Made by a program: the position numbers and the translations under genes
In this document: piece after piece, positions 11,091 to 21,305 of the stretch
How the letters are laid out: each line of letters opens with the position of its first letter
Position numbering within the stretch: position 1 is the first letter of the stretch
Assembly: GCA_965226885.1 (NCBI GenBank)
Contig: CBDDEL010000015.1
Coordinates: forward strand, 416,001 to 480,000
DNA: 64,000 nucleotides
Direction: 5' to 3'
Origin: Opitutales bacterium
GTDB taxonomy: Bacteria > Verrucomicrobiota > Verrucomicrobiia > Opitutales > UBA2987
The notes under the pieces: model-generated
Databases searched by the model: none
What the model was told of the DNA's origin: nothing
Seen by the model: only the letters and a program-made list of their open reading frames with translations

Positions 11091-11728
11091 TCACTCCACG
11101 ACGGCATACTGAACAGTGAGCTTCTTCAGTTGCTCGGGAACAGGTTCAGAAATGCTGTTGAAGGGGCAAACGCTCGGCAATCCGGCCTCTGAACGATGCA
11201 ATTCAAGTGGCGGGCACGAGAGGTCCTGGTGGTAGAAACGACTGCTGGGAAAGATGTCGGCCGGGTAGGTGAAATAATCGAGCATCCCCAACGCGCTGCA
11301 GATCGCACCGCCGGTAGCGCTCTCGAGCATACCACCCACCCAGCATGGGATACTTACGTCGTGGAAGATGTCGTGGATCGCTACCGTATTGGTCAAACCA
11401 CCGGCCCTCTCGGGCTTGATATTCACGTAACGGCAGCTCTTCAGCTCGACAGCCTGCTCGGCATATCTCGCCGAGGTCATGCTCTCATCGAGACAGACTG
11501 GAGTCTTGATCCTCACCTGCAACCGCGCATGGTCCACCAGATCGTCGTGCTGCAAGTGGTTGCTCGATCATGGCAAGGTCAAACTCGTCAATCTTTTCAA
11601 AAAGAGCGAAATCGGAGAGGCGGTAGCCGCTGTTGCAGTCGATGTGGATGATTTCTTCAGGAAACCGGCGGCGCACTCTCTCCAGGACAGGCATGTCCCA
11701 CCCGAGGCGGAACTTCAGCTTGAGTAGG
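11091..11728 (-). pseudogene. o-succinylbenzoate synthase/N-acylamino acid racemase-like enolase-superfamily remnant (5'-truncated, frameshifted)
   Basis: KLK, IDCN, IEQPL, CLDES, NIK and WVGGMLES motifs. +1 base near 11554; the N-terminal capping domain is absent. Confidence 0.8.
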
Positions 11729-11800
11729 CATGAAGTTGTCCGAAATTGCTTTTTGGCCTGTCGAATGGGTGGGCGTATTAGCGCCATATCGAAGCCGTGA

Positions 11801-13276
11801 TTAAACGATTTCTTCAAATGGAAACATCGGTTTTCGTCGATACCGATATGCAAACGTCCGCATATCGGCCGCCGTCGCCCCGGTCGTGTCGACCCGAATC
11901 AGCGCCCTGCAAACCGGCTCATACGCCGCGACGGGAGCGTGAACACCTTTGGCCACCAGAATCTGAAAGTCGGATGGTTCCAATCCAATGCTCGTGACGA
12001 CTCCCAGACTGACCGGCACAACGCGCAAACTCGTCAGACTGATCGTCAGTCCGGTTTCCATCGTCACGATGGCAGTTGGACCCATATTGAAATGTGTGTA
12101 GCCACCGTGACGGACTGCCGGCTCTTCGAAATAGCCATCGTGCAGACCCCTGACGGTCACTTCGGCTATGAGCGGTTCGCCGTGTCGATCGTCCGTCTTC
12201 CCGCCCATAGTCAGCGTCAGGTTACTGCCAACGCCTGTCTCCCGCGCTTGTTCCTGGGACTCTGGATCGTATAGACAGACGAATCCGGTGGTATCACTAC
12301 GCCGATGGATCTCGTGAGCGATCAACGTGCCGTCTGCCGCCGATCCGCCCCCTACGTTGTCGCCCATATCCAGCAAACAAACCGGACCCGGCATCCCGAC
12401 CGCCTGGTTGACGGCCTCCTCGATTGTAGTGTATTCCCCGACGAATTCCTCTTTGTGCGCCAACATGTAGCCAGCCAATTCATCCGCCAGCCGTTGCGCG
12501 AGATCGGGATCGTCATCAGTCACGACGACAGCGGACGAGCCCATCTCTTCGACGTCTGCGTAAGGGAATCCGAGGATAACACTGTTGGAGAGAACACCGG
12601 TCTCATTCAATTGGCGATTCGACAGTTCATAGAGCGGAAGGCACGGCCATCGGTTGGTCCCTTGCCTCTCGATATTGATCGCGAAGGCAGGGAACGACGC
12701 TTTTTGAATCGGCTTGATTTCTCCCCGGAGCGTCCGAACCATCAGATCAGCCGCTTCCAGACCCCGCTCCTTCTGATCCAGATGTGGATTCGACCGGTAG
12801 GCGATGGTCGCGTCGCACACGTCAATCATTCGTTCCGAAAGATTCGCGTGGGGATCGATGACACAGATAATCGGTGTTTCCTGCCCGACACGTTTTCTCA
12901 GCTTGGTCAGCCAGAATCCATCAAGGTCCCGATAATCGGAACCCTCACCAGCATTGGCTCCGTGAGGTGATACCAGATACCCGTCGAGTGGCCCCGCATC
13001 GTCCAGCGCCTCGAACATCAATCGGATCAGTTCTTGGCATGTCTCCTTGGTGATGGTCCCGGAGGGCGATGTCGAGGCGTAAAAAATCGGGACGGCTTCA
13101 ACACCCACGCTCTTCAGACCTTCAAAGAAACCGCTGATCTGATGGTGCCCACCCTCGAACTCCCGACGAACTTCCTGGCCGATCAGAAGGTTGTCCCGGC
13201 GAAAGAATTCGCTCGTCGTTGGAGTGACGGCGAATGTATTCGATTCGTGAATAAGCGACAGGATTCCGACACGCAT
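11801..13276 (-). CDS. M81 metallopeptidase (MlrC-like)
   Basis: HESNTF, HGA, DPHAN, YRSNPHLD and GDNVGGG motifs. Start taken at MRVGILS. Confidence 0.9.
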   Translation of the reverse strand: MRVGILSLIHESNTFAVTPTTSEFFRRDNLLIGQEVRREFEGGHHQISGFFEGLKSVGVEAVPIFYASTSPSGTITKETCQELIRLMFEALDDAGPLDGYLVSPHGANAGEGSDYRDLDGFWLTKLRKRVGQETPIICVIDPHANLSERMIDVCDATIAYRSNPHLDQKERGLEAADLMVRTLRGEIKPIQKASFPAFAINIERQGTNRWPCLPLYELSNRQLNETGVLSNSVILGFPYADVEEMGSSAVVVTDDDPDLAQRLADELAGYMLAHKEEFVGEYTTIEEAVNQAVGMPGPVCLLDMGDNVGGGSAADGTLIAHEIHRRSDTTGFVCLYDPESQEQARETGVGSNLTLTMGGKTDDRHGEPLIAEVTVRGLHDGYFEEPAVRHGGYTHFNMGPTAIVTMETGLTISLTSLRVVPVSLGVVTSIGLEPSDFQILVAKGVHAPVAAYEPVCRALIRVDTTGATAADMRTFAYRYRRKPMFPFEEIV

Positions 13277-13564
13277 AACTGAAGGAAAAATGTATTCAGC
13301 CAGTGTCTTGTCAAAAGTGTTTTTGCGGTATCCGGAGGATTCGAAGCACGCCGCCACCGTCTGCTATCCCTCGAAATCCGGATCCGGTGTAGGAATGCAT
13401 CATGTATATATCGATAACATCCGTTTGCAGGCGCTCCAGAGGCCCTTGACCGCCCGGTGGACGTTGGCGGCCTGGCCGGACAAGAAACTTTCAGTGGACA
13501 AAATATCTATCCAGCCTAGTAAGATTGACTATGCCAACACAGAATCCAACAATCAAGGGGTATA

Positions 13565-16399
13565 GTGACCTTGCGACGAACGGCGATTGTTTCCCCAATT
13601 CTACTCGGAATTTTCCTCGCCTCTGTGTCAGGGGTCTATGCGACCGAAACCTGGACCGTTTCGACCTTCCTCGAATTCAGCGAAGGGACCCTCCAAGACG
13701 GCGGCGCCAACACCTATGTGACCGCAGCGGGGGAGATCCGCCTGGTTAGCCAGTCGGACCTGAATGATGACGGATTTCTCGACATCGTATTTGCCAATAC
13801 CCATGACAACAACACCCAAATCGACCTCTTCATCTACTGGGGAGTTGACGGTTTCGAAGTAGGCCAACGGACGCGATTGCCGAGCGATGGAGGCCAGGCG
13901 CAGGCCATCGCCGATCTCAATCGCGACGGGTTCGAAGACCTCGTTGTCGTCAACGGAAACAACGGGGTAAAGTCGAACACCAACTCCTACATTTACTGGG
14001 GAAGCCAGGATGGATTCGACGAGGAGCGTCGGGCGGAACTTCCGACTAACGGAGCCACCGGAGCAGCTATCGAGGATCTCAACGCGGACGGATTTCTCGA
14101 TCTGGTCTTTGCCAACAGCGCGAATACGAAGGACACGTCAATGAAACCGGGGAACTACTCCACCATCTACTGGGGCTCAAAAGAAGGTTTCTCAACCAAG
14201 AAACTCTCCCACCTCCCTACCCAGGCCGCTACCGACGTTAAAATAGCCGACCTGAACACGGACGGTGCGCTCGACATCGTTTTTTCGAATCAAGGCGATG
14301 GACAGCAATCGGGCAACGTAATGATTTATTGGGGAAAAGGGCAGGAGAAATATTCCGAAAAGCGGCGGACGACTCTCCCTGGCGAGCGGAGTGCCGCCCT
14401 CGCCCTCGCAGACCTCGACGGCGACCGCTTCCCCGATATCGTGGTGGCCAACCGTTACCGCCCCCTCAAACGTGACCCGGAGGAGAAACGCGAACTGGAC
14501 ACGGACTCTGTCACGGACGCCATCTCTTCCTTCATATACTGGGGTTCCAGAGAAGGTTACGAGGCGGCACGCCGAACCGAATTGCCGACGCTGGCGGCGG
14601 CAGGAGTGGCGGCGGGCGACCTCAATGGAGACGGTCTCATCGACCTGGCATTTGCCAATGGTCCGCAACTGACCGGCCACGCCGCCGCGTCTGCTGGAGC
14701 CGGCTCCTATGTCTACTGGAACAGCCCGCAGGGCTTCCAGGCTCACCGGCGCAGCACCTTTCCGACCCTCAATCCCCAAGATTGTCTGATCGACGACATC
14801 AACAACGACGGCCACCAGGACCTCATCTTCGCCAACGATAACGACGCGCGGTCGCATCGCACGACATCCTACGTTTACTGGGGAGGGTCGGATGGGCTTG
14901 ACAGCGGCCGCCGGCTGGATCTGCAGACTGTAGGCGCCGCGAGTATCGCCGCGGGCGACTTTGACAAGGACGGAAAGAAGGATCTTGTCTTCATCAACGC
15001 GATCGACGGCTCCGCCGGCGCGCCGATACCCGCCTACATCTACTGGGGCAATGAAACGGGGGATTACTCCGTCGATCAGCGTTCGGACCTCTTGCACCCC
15101 TACGGTTCTCCGGCCGAAGGACACGCCACCTCGGATATTGACAACGACGGATATGTCGACCTGTTCCAGGGGGGGGCCGAGAGTGCGGTTTACTGGGGCT
15201 CGAAACAGGGGTACTCGACGGGCGACAAAACCTTGGTCTCGTCTAACATGTCCTTCAGCGGCCTTATCGCGGATTACAATCGTGACGGCTACCTCGATAT
15301 TTCCATCAGCGATTTCGCGGCGGGCGGGGTGGCCAGCCTGCACTGGGGCGGCCCGATGGGGTTTGCGGGCAACAATCAATTCATTTTCCAAGCCGACGGA
15401 ACACGCTGCCAATCGTTTGGCGACTTCAACGGCGACGGTTATCTGGATATCGTTTTTCCGAACGTCCACAGCGAGTTGGTGATCTACTGGAACGGTCCAA
15501 ACGGATTTGACAACGTGCGAAAAACCATACTCCCGGCAGCACTGACGGTGGCCACAGAGGTCGCCGATCTCAATCGGGATGGTCATCTCGATATCATTTC
15601 GTGCAACCTGACAACCGCGGATGGCGACTATAAAGCGGGCACCTTTATCTACTGGGGAAGCGCGGACGGTTTTTCTAAGTCACGGAGGCTGGTCCTGCCT
15701 ACCGTTGGCAATGAAGACGCCGCCGTGGCGGACTTGAACGGCGACGGCCACCTGGACCTGGTTCTGACCAGTTACCACGCAGGGGAAACGCGTTCCCACC
15801 CCTCCAGCATCTACTGGAATAGCGATCAGGGGTTCGACCCCGAGCGGGTTACCATGATGCCGACCAATTCAGCCTCCGGCGCCACCGTAGCGGACTACAA
15901 TTACGATGGATTCCCGGACATCCTCTTCTCCAACCACCGCCTGGAGGGGAGCCATCGCAACGATTCCTTTCTCTATTGGGGAGGGCCGGATGGCTTTTCT
16001 CCGGAACACCGCACACTTCTGCCCGGCCTAGGGCCTCATTTGTTGATGGTGAACGACATTGGCAACATCGCTCACCGGGGCGAACGATATGATTACATCT
16101 CCAGGGTCTTCGACTCGGAACGCGCCGCTGACTTCGAATCACTGGACTGGGATGGCGACACTCCCTTTGCCACAGGCATCGAGTTTCAAGTGCGCGCCGC
16201 TCCTTCCTCCGAAGCGATCGAGAAGACTCCCTGGGCAGGGCCGGAGGGACCCGGGAGCTATTATCGCAAGCATCACTCTCTCCTGAGTGGTCTGGCCAAG
16301 GACGCCCAGCATTTCCAGTTCAAGGCGAGCCTCATTTCGCCCAACGGCGCCAATACCCCGGTGCTTCGTTCAATTTCCGTCAACTATCGGCATCATTAA
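13565..16399 (+). CDS. Secreted FG-GAP/VCBS-like YWG-repeat protein, paralog 3 (944 aa)
   Basis: Signal peptide, 14 repeats and the conserved C-terminal domain. Colinear with paralog 2. Confidence 0.9.
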   Translation: MTLRRTAIVSPILLGIFLASVSGVYATETWTVSTFLEFSEGTLQDGGANTYVTAAGEIRLVSQSDLNDDGFLDIVFANTHDNNTQIDLFIYWGVDGFEVGQRTRLPSDGGQAQAIADLNRDGFEDLVVVNGNNGVKSNTNSYIYWGSQDGFDEERRAELPTNGATGAAIEDLNADGFLDLVFANSANTKDTSMKPGNYSTIYWGSKEGFSTKKLSHLPTQAATDVKIADLNTDGALDIVFSNQGDGQQSGNVMIYWGKGQEKYSEKRRTTLPGERSAALALADLDGDRFPDIVVANRYRPLKRDPEEKRELDTDSVTDAISSFIYWGSREGYEAARRTELPTLAAAGVAAGDLNGDGLIDLAFANGPQLTGHAAASAGAGSYVYWNSPQGFQAHRRSTFPTLNPQDCLIDDINNDGHQDLIFANDNDARSHRTTSYVYWGGSDGLDSGRRLDLQTVGAASIAAGDFDKDGKKDLVFINAIDGSAGAPIPAYIYWGNETGDYSVDQRSDLLHPYGSPAEGHATSDIDNDGYVDLFQGGAESAVYWGSKQGYSTGDKTLVSSNMSFSGLIADYNRDGYLDISISDFAAGGVASLHWGGPMGFAGNNQFIFQADGTRCQSFGDFNGDGYLDIVFPNVHSELVIYWNGPNGFDNVRKTILPAALTVATEVADLNRDGHLDIISCNLTTADGDYKAGTFIYWGSADGFSKSRRLVLPTVGNEDAAVADLNGDGHLDLVLTSYHAGETRSHPSSIYWNSDQGFDPERVTMMPTNSASGATVADYNYDGFPDILFSNHRLEGSHRNDSFLYWGGPDGFSPEHRTLLPGLGPHLLMVNDIGNIAHRGERYDYISRVFDSERAADFESLDWDGDTPFATGIEFQVRAAPSSEAIEKTPWAGPEGPGSYYRKHHSLLSGLAKDAQHFQFKASLISPNGANTPVLRSISVNYRHH

Positions 16400-16426
16400 T
16401 GCCGGACATGAAGAATCACCTTCGAC

Positions 16427-16750
16427 TCAACGTGGGGTACCGACATACACATTGAGGTTGCGAATACCTTCGCCACCGACTTCACCGCTTGGGATTAAAT
16501 AACTGTGGCCCCATTTGGTGGCATTTGTCACGATTTGATTGGAAGGTATTTCACCACTGGTCGACCATGTATCGATTTCGGTATTATAGATAAAGGTATC
16601 GCGGAATAGACCTACTGGCATTGCCTTTTCTTCTTCACTGCTGCCGGTGTCGGCCCCTTCATAGCCACCGCAAATTGCGATCTGTGATTCTCCAAGATCA
16701 TGTGCGGCTGGGACACGGAAGACGATATCAGGCAGTTCGTGGCCGATGCC
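16427..16750 (-). pseudogene. 3' remnant of a Kelch/NanM-like beta-propeller gene
   Basis: Frame reads ...IAICGGY...FIYNTEIDTW...LIPSGEV..GIR...VY. An upstream in-frame stop is present and no 5' part is visible. Confidence 0.5.
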
Positions 16751-16854
16751 CTAGAATTGGCCGGGATAGAGAAAAGGTAAAGGTTCGGGTCGCAGTGGTG
16801 CTGTTTTTCAGAGCCATTCCGGTTTTACCCCATTTTCTGTCCGAGTTTTTACCA

Positions 16855-17919
16855 TTACCAGTCGACCCGCAGTTTGGTCCAACGGATACCAAAAGGTCCC
16901 TCCTCCTTGCACCAGTGCGTCGCCAGGATGGTGCCATCTTGCAATTTGATCGCCGTCGGGAATCCAAACATAAAGCTATCAAACACCTCCACTCCCGTCT
17001 CCGCGTCCTGTTGCCGTTCGCGCCGGGCCCCGCCGTCGTACATCAGTCCTTCATAATGCAGGTTCCAGGCGCTGTCGGTGAAGGTCTCCAGGTTCATGAC
17101 AATGCCTTGATCCCCATAGCGACGGTTATAGAGGACCAGGAGCCGGTCCCCGCCGAGGGGAATCGGGGTCATGGTTTGGCCCCATATGCCGGTGGATCGG
17201 GGCGGGCTCCAGGTTGATCCATTGTCGCGGGATAGCACGAAGCTGTCGGGCTGGTCAACCGCATCACCCAGAGTCACGGTCCAACAGGTTGCTATCAACA
17301 GGTCCGGGGAGACTTGCGCCAGCTTCTGCTCCAGGTAGCCGAATTTTTTTTCGGGATCCTCGAAAACGACGGCCAGACGCGGCCATGTTTGACCGCCGTC
17401 ATCAGAAATGGATGCCAGCACTTGCTCTCCCAAACGGTCTTCAGTCGGCAGGGTAGCAGATGGCGCCAGGATACGTCCGGATTCCAGCGCCAAAACTCCA
17501 TGGGAAATCTCGATGCGGGAATGCCCGCCCATGGGAACTGCCTGAGGTCCCGACCATGTGCGACCCCCATCGGCCGAGCGGAGCAGCACCGGTTCATTGG
17601 TCCCCTCCCCGAATTTGGCTTGGCCCTCACGAAAGTAATGCCCACCGTAGGCAAAAACGGTTCGTCCATCGGCGGCAAGACTCAGCTTGAGTGCATAGCT
17701 AGAAGGTGGGTTCGAGGTGGGCGAGACAAGAGTCCCTTCGAGCATCCAAGACTCACCATTGTCCGTTGAGCGGGCCCAATCGGAACCACCAGTGACAAAG
17801 GGACCATCCCCGACGTTGAAGGAGCAGAGAAGATCGCCGTCGGGCAGTTGTACCGCCTGGGGGAACGCCGAATCACGTTGATCGACCCAACCAGTTCCGA
17901 GTAATTCTATCGCGGGCAT
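16855..17919 (-). CDS. Sialidase-like (BNR/Asp-box) protein
   Basis: Four Asp-boxes (STDNGESW, SADGGRTW, SDDGGQTW, SRDNGSTW) and an N-terminal AFP motif. Confidence 0.85.
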   Translation of the reverse strand: MPAIELLGTGWVDQRDSAFPQAVQLPDGDLLCSFNVGDGPFVTGGSDWARSTDNGESWMLEGTLVSPTSNPPSSYALKLSLAADGRTVFAYGGHYFREGQAKFGEGTNEPVLLRSADGGRTWSGPQAVPMGGHSRIEISHGVLALESGRILAPSATLPTEDRLGEQVLASISDDGGQTWPRLAVVFEDPEKKFGYLEQKLAQVSPDLLIATCWTVTLGDAVDQPDSFVLSRDNGSTWSPPRSTGIWGQTMTPIPLGGDRLLVLYNRRYGDQGIVMNLETFTDSAWNLHYEGLMYDGGARRERQQDAETGVEVFDSFMFGFPTAIKLQDGTILATHWCKEEGPFGIRWTKLRVDW

Positions 17920-18127
17920 CGGGAATTCCTTGTTTTGAGATTTAAGTTCGCAGAGAGCGCTTGTTCGAGAATCTCCTTCAAAAACGCCGCTCTGAGCTGT
18001 AATTAATCATCCATAAGTAAATACCTATTGCAATACTCTACATTCGCATCCAACGATAGCTTGCCAGAAAGGTGATGTGGCCGCCAAAAACACGACCATT
18101 GTCAGTGAGAGTTTTTTGGCGGTCAGA

Positions 18128-18904
18128 TCACATCGCATAAACCCTCCCGAGAAATTCCGAAAGCGCCCGATTCACCGCCTCCGGCTGCTCCAGGTTCGCG
18201 ATATGACCCGCCCGCGGTATCTTTGTTAAAGTCACATCGGCCATAGCCTCCAACATCGGTAGCGCCCACTCTGTCAGATAAGCTGTTTCCTCCTCCCCCT
18301 GCACAATCAGTGTCGGCACCCGGATGTCCCCCACCAGCGCTGACAAATCAGCCTTGTATATCCACGTCATCCCTTGATGATATACCGTCCGTGCGCGCGC
18401 CTCGGTCCAACGGTCCGTCCAGAAGTCGATCAGGGCACGGTTTTTCGCAAACGTAGTTTGCCCGAACACCACGTGAGCCGTCTTTACCGCCCATGTGAGC
18501 GGCACAGTACCTTCGATGTCCAGCTCCGCAAAACTTTCACCTGTAATTTCCTGTATCTTCTTCGGAAATGCCGCCGCCCCAGCGCCGGTCACCACCAACC
18601 CGTCCAGCCGTTCCTGATATTTCAGCGCGAATGAAATCGCCATATGGCCTCCCATCGACATTCCCACAAGCACACATCGCTCAATATTCAATCTGTCCAG
18701 CAAAGTACGGCAATCTTCAACCAGATCGTCCAGGTTGTGCTGCGTGTCCGGCTCGGCCCACGTCCGGTTGTTGTAGGCAATGACACGGTATTTCCGCGCC
18801 AGATATGCCATCTGTGGCTCAAACATCGAATAGTTCATCATCGACCCGTGACTAAACACCACCACCGGTCCTGAACCCCTTTCGATATATAAATCCTGAG
18901 TCAT
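18128..18904 (-). CDS. Alpha/beta hydrolase
   Basis: FSHG oxyanion loop, GMSMG nucleophile elbow and AGH catalytic His. Confidence 0.9.
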   Translation of the reverse strand: MTQDLYIERGSGPVVVFSHGSMMNYSMFEPQMAYLARKYRVIAYNNRTWAEPDTQHNLDDLVEDCRTLLDRLNIERCVLVGMSMGGHMAISFALKYQERLDGLVVTGAGAAAFPKKIQEITGESFAELDIEGTVPLTWAVKTAHVVFGQTTFAKNRALIDFWTDRWTEARARTVYHQGMTWIYKADLSALVGDIRVPTLIVQGEEETAYLTEWALPMLEAMADVTLTKIPRAGHIANLEQPEAVNRALSEFLGRVYAM

Positions 18905-18970
18905 TGTTCTAGGGTAGATTAATGGTGGATAGGCCAGATCATTCTCAGCAGTTTTCCTGTCACCGGAAGT

Positions 18971-20690
18971 GGTCGGACCCCATCTTTGCTACCACTTTAT
19001 GTGAGAGTCCTTCCCGTTGGGTAGGTGTTCATTAATACTTATCGTTTTCAATTTTTCTATTGTGTTTGGACAGAACGTATTATCTTTTCTATTATCGCAT
19101 TGGTTCTTGCCGCTGATTCTCCGGTACTGGGTTGATCTGACCGCCGAAAACACGATCATTGCAAGAGTGAAGTGGACGGGGTTGTTTGGACAATTTTGAC
19201 GTGGGATTAAGGTGGAAATCGTGTTCATATTATTTTTTAAAAATATATTTTGTCCTTAGCCAAAGACGGGCACGCAGGTGCCCGCAAGCTGTATTGGCGG
19301 GGAGGTTGGTTTTGCTCCGATTGCATGGACTTCGGCCGGGGTCCGGTAGCCCAGGGCTTGGTGGGGGCGCAGGTGGTTGTAGAAGTCCAGGTAGCGGGCT
19401 ATCCCTTCGCTGGCTTCCTTTGCCGTGGCGTATTCGCGCAGGTAAATGTCTTCATACTTGAGGGTTCTCCAAAAGCGTTCAACAAATATGTTGTCCAGGT
19501 AGCGGCCACGCCCGTCCATGCTGATGCGCACCCCGGCTTGCCCCAGCACCGAGGTGAACTCGCTGCCGGTAAACTGGCTGCCTTGATCGGTGTTGAAGAT
19601 TTGAGGTTGGGCCCGCCTCAGAGCTTCCTCCAGGGCGAGCACACAGAAGCGGCTCTCCAGGGTGTTGGAAAGCTGCCAGCTCAACACGTAGCGGCTGAAC
19701 CAGTCCAACACCACGGTCAAGAAAAGGAATCCTCGGCTCAGCCGCAGGTAAGTGATGTCGCTGCACCATACCTGGTCGGGCCGCTCGACCGCCAAACCCC
19801 GCAGCAGATAAGGGAAAATGCGGTGCTGCCGGTGCCCCTGGCTCAAGTTTCGACGCGGATAAATAGCCTCCAGGCCCATTTGGCGCATGAGCCGCTGGAT
19901 GCGGCCTCGTCCCACTGCATGGCCCTCTCGACGCAGCCACTGGGTCATCCGGCGAGAACCAAAAAACGGATATTGGGTGTAGAGCTCATCCATGCGATGC
20001 ATGTAGAGAACGTTCTGCTCGCACTGGGCACGGGCCCGATAGTAATAGCTGCCGCGGGCCAGCCCCAGCAACTGACATTGCCTGCCGATACTGATTTTTC
20101 CTTGAAGTGGTTGCACCATCTTGCGCCTCTCACCAACCGAATTGTTCAGACTTTTTTTTTAGCCAATCGCATTCTACTTTCAGCTTTCCAATCTCCTGGT
20201 AAAGGTGATCTTTTTCCGTCTCGTTGTCCTTGCTGAGAGTCTGCCGCTGGCGCGAAAACAGCTCCGTTGCTCCCTGCAAAAGCTGCTTCTTCCATTGGGT
20301 CACCTGGTTGGGATGCACCTCAAAACGACCGGCGATCTCGTTGATGGTATGAGCGCCCCTGATGGCTTCCAGGGCCACTCGGGCTTTAAACTCAGCACTG
20401 TATTGTCTTCTCTTTCGTGATTTAATAACATTCATAGGTTAGCGGATTTAGTGGTTCAAGACCACCTTATTCCACTGTCCAGTTTTCCCCGTCCATTTCA
20501 GAGTGAGTCTTTATGGGGTGTTTTCTTTTCAATTTCGCGCAAATACACGGAAAGAGGCGGTGATTGGTTCCGCGAGTCAGTCTCCAGCTATTTTGACTCC
20601 CTCCACTCCCTGTATAATCTACAATAATCTACAATACCAAACCCGCGGAAATACTCTCACTTAAAGTGGTAGCAAAGATGGGGTCCGATC
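18971..20690. mobile_element. Putative non-autonomous MITE-like element (~385 bp after removing the nested IS3)
   Basis: 18973-19008 and 20653-20688 are a 35/36-identical inverted repeat (TCGGACCCCATCTTTGCTACCACTTTAwGTGAGAGT). No credible internal gene. Confidence 0.6.
19168..20500 (-). mobile_element. IS3-family element A, copy 1 (orfA 20130-20435, orfB 19256-20119)
   Basis: TG...CA ends, 3-bp TSD GAG, integrase core WCSDITY / NTDQGSQF / ERFW. Length 1333 bp. Confidence 0.95.
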
Positions 20691-21305
20691 AAAACGCCCT
20701 TTCCTTCCTGTCCCTGCCAAACGTTAGCACACACCATCCCCATTGCCAAGGCAGAGACCAGGCAGGGAGGCACGATTGAACCATTGGTTCGCTGCTTCTT
20801 TGCCCCGTTATTTTTGCCGGCGCGGGATTATCTAGAAAATTTAAAACCTGAGTCTAAACCGACCGGAGAGCCTCTTTGATCGGGGTATTGCCATCCAGCA
20901 GGCTGAAACACTTGCCAACGGTGTTTTCGAGACCCAGACACATCACCAGCGTGGTGGCGAGATTATCCCGCGAAGTCTTTCCAGCGCCTTTCAACTCAGG
21001 GCTGACCATCACATTACCTGTGCCCGGATCGTCGGTCAGCCCGCCCGGGCAAATAATCGTGTAATCCAGATCGGTCTGACGCAGGTGGTTGTCTGCGTGC
21101 GCCTTGGCTTTGTGATAATGAGCGATGCGTGATTGACTATTAACGTCCGCATCGATCGAGCTGAGCATAATGAACCGTTTTACACCATGTACTTGGGCCG
21201 TTACCATTGCCCGAATGGCGCCGATGTGGTCAATCAGCACTGTTTTATCCTTTCCGGTATGCCCGCCGGAGCCGGCAGCAAAAATAATCGCGTCGCAGCC
21301 TTTAG

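Noticed and set aside
14192..15586. 464-aa antisense ORF (similar ones at 5538-6293, 19250-20236, 34690-35676, 48792-50075, 50943-51869)
   Set aside because: These are shadow or alternate-frame ORFs overlapping well-supported genes in GC-rich DNA, with no recognisable motifs.
925..18970. Integron cassette array explanation for the gene patchwork
   Set aside because: Mixed gene orientations, no shared attC-like spacers and no integrase in the window.
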